The position numbers and the translations under genes are program-made. Of a DNA stretch of 64,000 nt, positions 1 to 8,291 are shown piece after piece (position 1 is the first letter of the stretch; each line of letters starts with the position of its first letter). The DNA is from Butyrivibrio sp. (GTDB lineage Bacteria > Bacillota > Clostridia > Lachnospirales > Lachnospiraceae). Location of the stretch: positions 6,045 through 70,044 of the forward strand of contig JAFPVA010000235.1 of the NCBI GenBank assembly GCA_017413105.1, in the 5' to 3' direction. The notes under the pieces are model-generated. The model did no database searches and was not told the origin of the DNA. It saw nothing but the letters and a program-made list of their open reading frames with translations.

Positions 1-711
1 TACCTCAGCATCAAGACCTGCACCGTTTCTAACCTTAAGAGTAGTAGTGGTAACAGTAGCGATTCTGGTTCCTACTTCCTTGGCAAGTTCTACCGCATCG
101 TCACCGGTAACACAGAACTCACCCTTAACATAACCTTCTACTGAACCGGACTGGATCTTGTACCATCCGTCCTCTTCCTCTATATAAGTACCTACAGATT
201 TGTCATATAACTTACCAACTATCTCGCCGTCTTCGCTTGGAAGATCTCTTACATTAACGTAGTTGGTCACCTTAGCAATTACAAGAGACTTAAATGATTC
301 CTCTTCAGAAATCTCTTCTGTGGCCTCGTCTGATTCCTCAGACTCTGTTTCTGTCTCTTGAGACTTCTCAATAACTGCTCCTGTAGCCTTCTGAATATCT
401 GAAAGAATATTCTCTGTTACGGTTGAAGCAAGTGGTGTTACGTCTGTTACAGTATCTTTAAGATCGAGATTATCATCAGAAGCCTTGGATGAGCTTGATG
501 AAGCGCTCTCTGATTCTGAATTTTCAAGTTCTACTGACTGCTGCAAACTTGAAAGTGACACCTGATTGTTACCAAGAGCGTAAGTGATACCTGCCTGAGG
601 CATTACGCTTGTCACTTTGTTTGATGCAGCAAAGGCGTCTATACTGAAGCTTGAAAAAGTTATCGCAGCTGTTACTGAATAAGCTATGAGCTGCATGCTA
701 GCTTTTCTCAA
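1..711 (-). CDS. Secreted SH3b-domain protein, probably an NlpC/P60 cell-wall hydrolase (5' part only; runs off the window)
   Basis: Not in the ORF track. Manual minus-strand translation from TTG at 711 (SD GGAGG upstream) gives MRKASMQLIAYSVTAAITFSSFSIDAFA (signal peptide), an acidic Ser/Glu linker, then SH3b motifs YVNVRDLPS...GWYKIQSGSVEGYV and TLKVRNGAGLDAEV. The catalytic domain is outside the window. Confidence 0.8.
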   Translation of the reverse strand, partial: MRKASMQLIAYSVTAAITFSSFSIDAFAASNKVTSVMPQAGITYALGNNQVSLSSLQQSVELENSESESASSSSSKASDDNLDLKDTVTDVTPLASTVTENILSDIQKATGAVIEKSQETETESEESDEATEEISEEESFKSLVIAKVTNYVNVRDLPSEDGEIVGKLYDKSVGTYIEEEDGWYKIQSGSVEGYVKGEFCVTGDDAVELAKEVGTRIATVTTTTLKVRNGAGLDAEV

Positions 712-802
712 AATGAACCTCCGAATTGTTACGAAATTTGTTACATCTTTTACGAATATAAACTAATTATAAATTTTTGTCAAGTCTAAATTAATTTAAG
801 AA

Positions 803-829
803 GTGACGAAAATACGATATTTTCGCCAC
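803..829 (-). terminator. Probable terminator hairpin downstream of trxB
   Basis: Imperfect inverted repeat gtgacgaaaat...attttcgccac. Confidence 0.5.
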
Positions 830-862
830 TTTTTTGATACGAATTGCTCTAAATTTAGTTTC

Positions 863-1801
863 CTATTTCTCTTTTCCAACCAGGAAGTCCTGAACCGCAG
901 TTACAGCATTGGCGCCGTCTGCCACCGCTGTAACAATCTGACGAAGCCTCTTTTTTCTGGAATCTCCTGCAACAAAAACACCCGGTACAGAAGTTGCTCC
1001 ATCTTCATTCGCAATTACGTAACCATTTTCATCACATTCAACCATACTTGCGAAAAGATCTGTTGAAGGATGGATGCCGATTGCGACAAAAATTCCATCT
1101 ACATTTAACTCATTTATTTCTTTATTCTTAACGTTTTCAATTTCAAGCTTTGTAACCTTATCTTCGCCCTTGATTTCTTTTACAACGCTATCCCAGATTA
1201 CTTCTACATTTTCAAGGCCAAAGAGCTCATCCTGCAAAATCTTTGTAGCTCTGAGTTCGTCTCTTCTATGGATCAGATAAACCTTGCTACAGAATCTGGA
1301 AAGGAAAATAGCATCCTCAACTGCAACATCACCGCCACCGTTGACAGCTGTAACCTTGCCTCTGTAAAAAGCGCCGTCACAGGTTGCGCAGTAGGAAACA
1401 CCTTTTCCGATATATTCCTCTTCACCGGGCACTCCCAGTTTTGAATGGTGAGCACCTGTTGCAAGCATTACTGTATGAGCTTCGTACTCGCCCTCTTCAG
1501 TTTTCACCTTAAATACCGGAGCCTTTGTATCTGAGCCCTTATCGATACACTCAATACCTGTAACTGTGCCATCTACAAATTCTGCTCCCAGCTTATCTGC
1601 ATGCTCCCTGAACTTTGTAGCAAGATCAAAGCCGTTAACTCCCGGAATTCCCAGATAATTGTCCACCTCATAGGTGTCTATGATCTGACCTCCGCTCACA
1701 GGATTCTTTTCTATGATAAGCATATTAAGTCCTGCTCTCTTTGCGTATACTGCTGCTGAAAGACCTGCAGGTCCTGAACCAACTATAATAAGATCGTACA
1801 T
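863..1801 (-). CDS. trxB: Thioredoxin-disulfide reductase
   Basis: GSGPAG FAD motif, CATCDG redox motif, GGGDVA NADPH motif, C-terminal AGD...QIVTA. Start moved to ATG 1801 (MYDLII), which has a GGAGG SD. Confidence 0.95.
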   Translation of the reverse strand: MYDLIIVGSGPAGLSAAVYAKRAGLNMLIIEKNPVSGGQIIDTYEVDNYLGIPGVNGFDLATKFREHADKLGAEFVDGTVTGIECIDKGSDTKAPVFKVKTEEGEYEAHTVMLATGAHHSKLGVPGEEEYIGKGVSYCATCDGAFYRGKVTAVNGGGDVAVEDAIFLSRFCSKVYLIHRRDELRATKILQDELFGLENVEVIWDSVVKEIKGEDKVTKLEIENVKNKEINELNVDGIFVAIGIHPSTDLFASMVECDENGYVIANEDGATSVPGVFVAGDSRKKRLRQIVTAVADGANAVTAVQDFLVGKEK

Positions 1802-1895
1802 ATTTGCCTCCTTGTAATAATGAAACATCATTTACATTGTGCGCAATTAAATAATACAACATTTATTTCTTTTTGTAAAGCAGAAAATCTTTTTT

Positions 1896-2618
1896 TCAGA
1901 TCCAGCCACCATCCACGGTAACGATCTGTCCCGTCATATATTCCGGTGCATTGGACAGCATATAGACTATCTCTGCCACTTCTCCGGGTTCTCCCATCCT
2001 ATCCATGGGGATCTCACCTTCAAGTTCCTTTAAATCCTCGCTACTTAGGTGACTTCTGTTCATATCAGTATCGATTACACCGCAGGCCACGGCATTTACC
2101 TGAATGTTACTTGGCGCCAGTTCTTTTGCCAGGGCTTTGGTAAAAGAATTAATGCCCCCCTTCGACGCTGAATAAGCCACTTCGCAGGAAGCTCCCACGT
2201 TTCCCCATACGGAAGAAATATTGATGATCCTTCCTCCATGCTTTCTTACCATAAAAGGGACCGCAAACTTCGAGGTGTAAAAAAGAGAATTCAGATTTGT
2301 GCCCATCACCTTATCCCAGTCCTCTTTTGTCATATCCGTCAAAAGCCCCATCCACGCAATTCCGGCATTATTCACCACTACATCGATGTCCTCGATATTT
2401 TCAAAAAGAGCCACGACCTCCTCATAATCTGATGCATCACATCTATAAGCCTTGCACTTTACCGAAAACTCTTTTTCCAGTTCCAGCGACATGGCTGTTA
2501 AATCTTCTATATTATTTACACAGGTCAAAAAAAGATCATCTCCGGCCTTTGCAAATCTCTTAGCTATAGCCTTTCCGATTCCTCTTGACGCACCTGTGAT
2601 AAGTACCTTTCTGTTCAT
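1896..2618 (-). CDS. Short-chain dehydrogenase, FabG/YmfI (EF-P 5-aminopentanone reductase)-like
   Basis: TGASRGIG, NNAG, SSVWG, YSASK motifs; the SVWG...CEVAYSASKG pattern resembles the YmfI subgroup. Start at ATG 2618 after a GAGGTG SD. Confidence 0.85.
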   Translation of the reverse strand: MNRKVLITGASRGIGKAIAKRFAKAGDDLFLTCVNNIEDLTAMSLELEKEFSVKCKAYRCDASDYEEVVALFENIEDIDVVVNNAGIAWMGLLTDMTKEDWDKVMGTNLNSLFYTSKFAVPFMVRKHGGRIINISSVWGNVGASCEVAYSASKGGINSFTKALAKELAPSNIQVNAVACGVIDTDMNRSHLSSEDLKELEGEIPMDRMGEPGEVAEIVYMLSNAPEYMTGQIVTVDGGWI

Positions 2619-2665
2619 GACACACCTCTGCAAACATCATTTCATATACGAAAATGTAAAAGTTT

Positions 2666-2695
2666 GTGCCGGGAGCCCATAAAGACCCCCGGCAC
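2666..2695 (-). terminator. Terminator hairpin after the cheX-cheY pair
   Basis: gtgccggg...cccggcac stem. Confidence 0.6.
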
Positions 2696-2722
2696 TTTCA
2701 CAATACCATGAAAAATAATTGT

Positions 2723-3076
2723 TTAGCAATGTCTGATAGCGCTCAGTACGCTTTCTTCCAAAAACGGCTTGGTGATAAATTCAGCCGCACCAAGCTTCAC
2801 CGCCTCCATCATTTTCTCTTTCTGTCCGGCTGCTGTGATCATAATTACCTTGGCATCAGGATTCTGTTTTCTAATCAGTTTTAATGACTCCAAACCATCA
2901 ACCTGCGGCATTGTTATATCCATTGTAACGATGTCAGGCGACAGCTTTACAAAAAGGTCAAAACCCTCCTGACCATTAATTGCTTCGCCAACAACCTCAT
3001 ATCCTGCCTTTTCAAGAATATCCTTCAAAAGTCTTCTTGAAGTTCTGGAATCATCAACAATCAACACACTCTTCAT
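2723..3076 (-). CDS. Single-domain CheY-like response regulator
   Basis: VDDS, MDITMP phosphoacceptor, ITA and KPF; 117 aa with no output domain. Confidence 0.92.
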   Translation of the reverse strand: MKSVLIVDDSRTSRRLLKDILEKAGYEVVGEAINGQEGFDLFVKLSPDIVTMDITMPQVDGLESLKLIRKQNPDAKVIMITAAGQKEKMMEAVKLGAAEFITKPFLEESVLSAIRHC

Positions 3077-3097
3077 GCTATATTACCTCCGCCTCTC

Positions 3098-3985
3098 TCA
3101 CTGTACCTTCATATCTGATGAAAGACAGATAAAAAACTCAACCTCGCCTCCGCTGATATATACAGGTAAAACCTCTATATAATCGCTGCTGGCTTCCGAA
3201 TAAGAAATAAAAAATTCAGGTGGTTCAAGCTCTATTGCAACTCCCTGTTTGCTCATATCCGAAGCATACAGACCATTCATACAATTGATCAACTCGCAGA
3301 TTGCATCAAGAGCATCCTCTTCGGTTTCAATAAACTCTTCCTTGGTGTAAGCTATGGCCATTTTCTGGACATCCTCATACTTTCCACCAATGGCAACCAT
3401 AGCTCTTTCACCGCCATGAAATCCCTGATAGCCCATTACTTCAGTTCTAAGCGCTCCCACTCTGTAGGATCTTCCAATATAGACATGGGCATCCACAAGT
3501 CTGTAAAGATTCATAATACCCAAGGAAAACATTCTCTTTATCCGGGCATTCTCAGAATCTAAAAAGATTGGAACAATTCTTTCTATATTTCCCTCTTTAA
3601 GATCGGCGATGTCAGTGGCCGTAAAACCATTTTCTCTTTGATAATCACCCTCTGCCTGAGCAACCTCTTCAAGGGTCATATATTTTTCATCAACAAGGGC
3701 CTGAACAAAGGATAGATAAACATTTCCCTGAAGTTCCAAAAGACGATTGAGCTGCGGTTCTGTGAGATATCCCTTCTCAATAGCTATATCACCAAACTTT
3801 TTATTCATGCTGGCCTGGAGCGCATTAACCTGCTCAGCCTGTGCTATGGTCATAAGCTTTTCCGACACAGCGATAACTCCAAGCTTTGCCCTGTTAGCTT
3901 CCTGAATCTGATAAATCTTAGCCAGTTGGGATTTGCTTAGTGTACCTTTTTCCATTAAGAAATTGCCCAGTAATCTATCTAACAT
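3098..3985 (-). CDS. CheX-family phosphatase with N-terminal MshEN-like repeats
   Basis: C-terminal DAICELINCMNG (E-x2-N CheC/CheX motif); three 24-aa xLGxxxxxxGxLxxxQxxxxxxxQ-type repeats at the N-terminus; adjacent to a CheY-like gene. Confidence 0.8.
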   Translation of the reverse strand: MLDRLLGNFLMEKGTLSKSQLAKIYQIQEANRAKLGVIAVSEKLMTIAQAEQVNALQASMNKKFGDIAIEKGYLTEPQLNRLLELQGNVYLSFVQALVDEKYMTLEEVAQAEGDYQRENGFTATDIADLKEGNIERIVPIFLDSENARIKRMFSLGIMNLYRLVDAHVYIGRSYRVGALRTEVMGYQGFHGGERAMVAIGGKYEDVQKMAIAYTKEEFIETEEDALDAICELINCMNGLYASDMSKQGVAIELEPPEFFISYSEASSDYIEVLPVYISGGEVEFFICLSSDMKVQ

Positions 3986-4003
3986 ATGATGCTCCCAAAA
4001 AAC

Positions 4004-4047
4004 AAACGGACACTAGTCTATCTTCTATTTTAGACTAATATCCGTTT
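4004..4047 (-). terminator. Terminator hairpin after the SseB-family gene
   Basis: aaacggacactagtcta...tagactaatatccgttt inverted repeat. Confidence 0.55.
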
Positions 4048-4076
4048 ATTAACAAGGTTATTATCATCAATAGAGC

Positions 4077-5378
4077 TTACTGCTCAGCGTCCTTTTTCTC
4101 ACTCATTCTTGCCATGGCCTGATCAAGAGCCTTCTGCACAACCAGATCATCTGAATTCATTGTTCCCGGATTAGCTGAAGGTGCCTTAACGCCTCTCATC
4201 TTATCTGCCTGCTGACCTGCCACCTCAAGGAGCATCATTCTGTCCTTTGGAAGAATAACATTCTGTCCGTCAGGATTTATGGCTATTCCTTCCTTATCAC
4301 TAACAAACTTAAGGATGTCCTGATATTTGAATACCGCAGCATTCCATTCTGAGCCGCGAAGTTTTTTACCAAATTCGATAGCATCAGTATATACAGGAAG
4401 GAACTGCTTACCATCCTGAGAATTAAGAACAAGGAACTTGAACTTTGTATCCTTGCCAAACTTCATTCTTCCATCCTCAAGGACCTCAACAGGACCCTCA
4501 TGCTGCATAGGAATGATATAACTGCTGCTTCTGATAAGAGAGAGCATTCTCATCTCTTTTGCTCTTACTATCTCTTCTCTCTTTTCGTACTTAACAGGCC
4601 ATCTAAGTTCAGCCATAAAGTCAAGCATTGCAAAGTTAAGAGGTGGATTGATCGGATTCTTTGCCCTATCCTCTTCATTCCAGTCCCCTGGAGCTGCCAC
4701 GATCTCGCTTCTCTTAAATCTTGCTCTGTAAGCTCCGTTGTCCACCAGAATATTCTCCATGCCTACATAATAAAGGTAGTCAAAAAAGCCTCTCTTTACA
4801 GCCGCTGTGTCATCAGGATTTTCAACCTTAACTTCCCTTACAGCAACCTTTCTGTACTGCTTTGCAAAGAGCTCAACCGCCTTGTCTGCGATTTCCTTCT
4901 CAAAATATACATTGGCAAAACCATGGTCAATAAAAGGATAACCTGTAGTTGCATCATACAGAACATAGAGTGTTTCTGCATCGCGAACTCTTGATAAAAG
5001 TTCGTTGTAAACCTTTCTGTGATTCTTCTCGAATCCCGGAAGTGGTGCCTTCTTATTGAATACCTCAAGGGCAGTCAAAAGGAAAAGAATCTCCTGGTTT
5101 GACATGAATCTCAAAGTTTCAGGTGAAATATCTGAGTCATAGATCATTCCACCGATCTCGTCCTTGCGCTGACTTGTAACTGTTTCTCCCATAGCTACCT
5201 CATCAGCGCTCTCTATATTTACAGGATTAAGTCTGGGAAAAGAAGGCCACTCCATTCCTTCATGCGCCTCTTTTGCTGCCTGTATCTCTTTTTCTTTCTG
5301 CGCAGCAGCGTTCTGAAGTGCAACTGCTTCCTCATCCTCAGAAGACTTTTTTCCTCCAAAAAAATCAAACAAACCCAT
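4077..5378 (-). CDS. SseB-family protein
   Basis: C-terminal YIIP...DGKQFLPVYTD...GIAINPDG pattern typical of the SseB N-terminal domain. Confidence 0.7.
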   Translation of the reverse strand: MGLFDFFGGKKSSEDEEAVALQNAAAQKEKEIQAAKEAHEGMEWPSFPRLNPVNIESADEVAMGETVTSQRKDEIGGMIYDSDISPETLRFMSNQEILFLLTALEVFNKKAPLPGFEKNHRKVYNELLSRVRDAETLYVLYDATTGYPFIDHGFANVYFEKEIADKAVELFAKQYRKVAVREVKVENPDDTAAVKRGFFDYLYYVGMENILVDNGAYRARFKRSEIVAAPGDWNEEDRAKNPINPPLNFAMLDFMAELRWPVKYEKREEIVRAKEMRMLSLIRSSSYIIPMQHEGPVEVLEDGRMKFGKDTKFKFLVLNSQDGKQFLPVYTDAIEFGKKLRGSEWNAAVFKYQDILKFVSDKEGIAINPDGQNVILPKDRMMLLEVAGQQADKMRGVKAPSANPGTMNSDDLVVQKALDQAMARMSEKKDAEQ

Positions 5379-5402
5379 TAAAACTAAAACCTCCTAAAAA
5401 CT

Positions 5403-6716
5403 TCAAAATTCATAAAATACCTTAGCAACCGCAGCCATATACTCAGGGTCTTTGCTGCCTGCAGACTCGTAAGGAGAATGCATTGCAAGCTGTGCAAGAC
5501 CGATATCAACTGTGTTTACCGCAACCTGAGTTGTCGATATGTTGCCAAGTGTTGAGCCACCTGCCATATCAGAGCGGTTAGTAAAGCACTGGTAAGGCAC
5601 CTCTGCCTTCTCACACATAAGTTTGAAGGTCGCTGCTGAAACCGCATCTGTAGTATATTTCTGGTTGGCATTATACTTGATCACCACGCCTCCATTGATG
5701 ACAGGCCTGTTGACAGGATCAGCCTTCTCAAGATGGTTGGGGTGAATTGCATGTGCATTGTCAGCTGAAAGCATAAAGCTGTTTGCAACTGCAGTGTAGT
5801 ACTGCTCGTCTGTGCGTCCAAGAGCCATGTTTATTCTTGTAATTGTATCCTTAAGGAAGGTAGAAGCAGCTCCCTGCTTGGTTCCACTTCCTACTTCTTC
5901 GTTATCAAAAACGCAGTGCAGCGCCACATTTTCTGAATCACCGGCATTAAGGAAGCCTTCAAATGTTGTATATACGCACTCCTGATCATCAAGTCTTGAA
6001 CTGGCTATGTACTCGTTATTTGCTCCCCATACTGTCGGTTCAACCCTGTTATATAAGAAGAGATCATGTCCAAGAATATCTTCCTTTTTTACTCCGGCAG
6101 CATACGCTACAACGTCAAAAAAGCCATCTTTCGCCGTGTTGTCTCCAAAAATCGGAAGCATATCATTCTGGGCATTGTACTTGTATCCATCATTGGCTTC
6201 ACGATTCATATGAATAGCAAGGGCAGGGATCATCAAAAGGTTTCTGTTAACATTGACAAGCTTTGTCTCAACCTTCCCATTTTCGCCTTTAACAAGAAGA
6301 CGTCCTGCAACAGAAAGAGGTCTGTCAAACCATTCTGCGCAGAGCATTCCGCCGTATTTCTCTACATTGAGCTTGATATATGCTCCGCCGGCTTCCATCT
6401 CAGGATTCTCCTTTATCTTAAAGGATGGAGAATCGCTGTGGCTGGCGATCATGTAAAAGCCCTTGAAATCCTTCCTGGGAATCCTGAAGGAAATAATGGA
6501 CGAATCATTCCTTGTAACAAAATACCTTCCACCCTCATTACCTGACATAGGAGCGATATCCCACTCTTCATTTTCATGAAGCTCGGTATACCCCGCCTCG
6601 GCAAGCTCCTTCTTAAGATTATCGATAACATGAAAACAGGTCGGGCTCTGATCTATAAAAGTCAGCATCCTGTTTGTAATATCTTTAAAACTGTTCTCCA
6701 TGGCATTTTTCTCCAC
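5403..6716 (-). CDS. apeB: M18-family (aspartyl) aminopeptidase
   Basis: SHSDSP, RLDD, DNEEVGS, SADNAHAIHPN, GGSTLG and LAMHS motifs. Confidence 0.92.
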   Translation of the reverse strand: MEKNAMENSFKDITNRMLTFIDQSPTCFHVIDNLKKELAEAGYTELHENEEWDIAPMSGNEGGRYFVTRNDSSIISFRIPRKDFKGFYMIASHSDSPSFKIKENPEMEAGGAYIKLNVEKYGGMLCAEWFDRPLSVAGRLLVKGENGKVETKLVNVNRNLLMIPALAIHMNREANDGYKYNAQNDMLPIFGDNTAKDGFFDVVAYAAGVKKEDILGHDLFLYNRVEPTVWGANNEYIASSRLDDQECVYTTFEGFLNAGDSENVALHCVFDNEEVGSGTKQGAASTFLKDTITRINMALGRTDEQYYTAVANSFMLSADNAHAIHPNHLEKADPVNRPVINGGVVIKYNANQKYTTDAVSAATFKLMCEKAEVPYQCFTNRSDMAGGSTLGNISTTQVAVNTVDIGLAQLAMHSPYESAGSKDPEYMAAVAKVFYEF

Positions 6717-6783
6717 GATATTATTAATATGATAGCACTCCTAATATACATTCAACTTTCTTATAAATCAAGGATAAAAAAGA

Positions 6784-6828
6784 TTGCTTTTCTGTGAACT
6801 ATGATGTTAGAATGTAAGCACTTACATT
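6784..6828 (+). promoter_or_regulatory. SigA promoter of the GH105 gene with an overlapping LacI/cre-like palindrome
   Basis: TTGCTT (6784-6789), 18 nt spacer, TG-n-TAGAAT (6805-6813); palindrome AATGTAAGCACTTACATT at 6811-6828. Confidence 0.6.
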
Positions 6829-6879
6829 TTGACCAATTCCCGATTTTTCGTGAATGCAAAGTTTTGATTGGAGACAGTA

Positions 6880-8025
6880 ATGACAAGAGAAGAAACCTAT
6901 AAGATGCTGAGTGAATACGTAGATTATCTACTTGAGAAATCTGACGCAGAGCACCCTATGTGGAACATAGAAAAGATCCTCAGCGGCAAACCTAACAAAT
7001 GGAACTACATCGACGGCTGCATGATCACAGCAGTTCTTTCATTATATGAGATGACTTCTGATAAAAAGTACCTTGATTTTGCAGATAAGTTTATTGGCTG
7101 GTTCGTTGAGGAGGACGGCAGTATCAAGACCTACAGTACTGAGGAGTACAACCTTGATAACATAAATCCCAGCAAGAACCTATTCAAACTTTATAACTAT
7201 ACCGGAAAAGAAAAATACAGAAAGGCAATGGATACTGTAAGGGCGCAGCTTGATACAATGCCCCGCACAAAGGCAGGAAATTTCTGGCACAAGAACATCT
7301 ATCCCAACCAGGTATGGCTTGACGGAATGTATATGGCACAGCCTTTCTATATGGAGTACGAGACACGCTACAACAAGATGCAGGGATGCCTTGATTCCTT
7401 CAAGCAGTTCAAGAATGTTGAAGCTCTTATGAGAGACAAAAAGACAGGTCTTTACTACCACGGCTATGATGAGAGCCGCGAAATGTACTGGGCTGATAAG
7501 GAAACCGGCTGCAGCCCTAACTTCTGGCTCAGAGCCCTTGGATGGTTTACTGTTGCTCTTGTAGACACAGCAGAGGCCATGGATGAGTCAATGTACTACG
7601 AGTACAGGTACCTTCAGACAATGCTTCTTAACCTTGCAAATTCCCTTATCCCATTCCAGGATGAAAGCGGAATGTTCTATCAGGTTGTAGATAAAAAAGA
7701 TGATGAGAGAAATTACCTTGAGACCTCCGGCACTGCACTTATTGCCTACGGACTTCTTAAGGGTGTTCGCCTCGGCTACCTTCCAAAGCGCTTTGAGGAG
7801 GTTGCTGAAAGAGCCTTCGATGGCATCACAGAAAAATACCTCTCCCGCAACGAAGATGGCTCACCAAAGCTTGGCGGCATCTGTCTTGTAGCAGGTCTTG
7901 GTGGTGAACAGCATCGCGATGGTTCCCTTGAGTACTATTTCTCAGAACCTGTCGTAGAGAACGAAGCAAAAGGCGTCGCTCCTCTTATCCTCGCCTACAC
8001 CGAACTCCTTCGTCGTAAACACTAA
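6880..8025 (+). CDS. GH105/GH88 unsaturated rhamnogalacturonyl hydrolase (YteR-like)
   Basis: WNYIDG, YNLDNI, FWHK..YPNQVWLDGMYM, FWLRALGW and YLETSGT motifs. ATG 6880 follows GGAG. Confidence 0.92.
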   Translation: MTREETYKMLSEYVDYLLEKSDAEHPMWNIEKILSGKPNKWNYIDGCMITAVLSLYEMTSDKKYLDFADKFIGWFVEEDGSIKTYSTEEYNLDNINPSKNLFKLYNYTGKEKYRKAMDTVRAQLDTMPRTKAGNFWHKNIYPNQVWLDGMYMAQPFYMEYETRYNKMQGCLDSFKQFKNVEALMRDKKTGLYYHGYDESREMYWADKETGCSPNFWLRALGWFTVALVDTAEAMDESMYYEYRYLQTMLLNLANSLIPFQDESGMFYQVVDKKDDERNYLETSGTALIAYGLLKGVRLGYLPKRFEEVAERAFDGITEKYLSRNEDGSPKLGGICLVAGLGGEQHRDGSLEYYFSEPVVENEAKGVAPLILAYTELLRRKH

Positions 8026-8066
8026 CCCAAAGCCATATAAGCTAATATATAGCTCAAATACAGAAC

Positions 8067-8095
8067 AACGCTCCGAGGACAATCCCCGGAGCGTT
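8067..8095 (+). terminator. Rho-independent terminator after GH105
   Basis: aacgctccg...cggagcgtt followed by T-rich sequence. Confidence 0.7.
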
Positions 8096-8149
8096 TCTTA
8101 TTCCCTACAATTTATTCCATGTTCTTTTTTAAATTCATAACGTAAATTT

Positions 8150-8285
8150 CCGGCAAAAGAGACCGGCAGAGATGAAGAATAAGTATATTTACGAAGCATT
8201 ATGACGAGTAGATTCAATTTAGTGTTTCACAACGAGAGAATAGTGAGTAAATATACTTATTTCATCTCTGCCGGTCTCTTGCCGG
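8150..8285. repeat. Long imperfect inverted repeat (~40-bp arms, ~54-bp spacer)
   Basis: ccggcaaaagagaccggcagagatgaagaataagtatatttac (8150-8192) pairs with gtaaatatacttatttcatctctgccggtctcttgccgg (8247-8285). Confidence 0.85.
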
Positions 8286-8291
8286 TCAATC

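Noticed and set aside
725-755. GTAAC/GTAAA repeats upstream of the cell-wall hydrolase gene as a WalR box
   Set aside because: Start-to-start spacings are 9 and 12 nt rather than the 11 nt of TGTWAH-N5-TGTWAH; not supportable.
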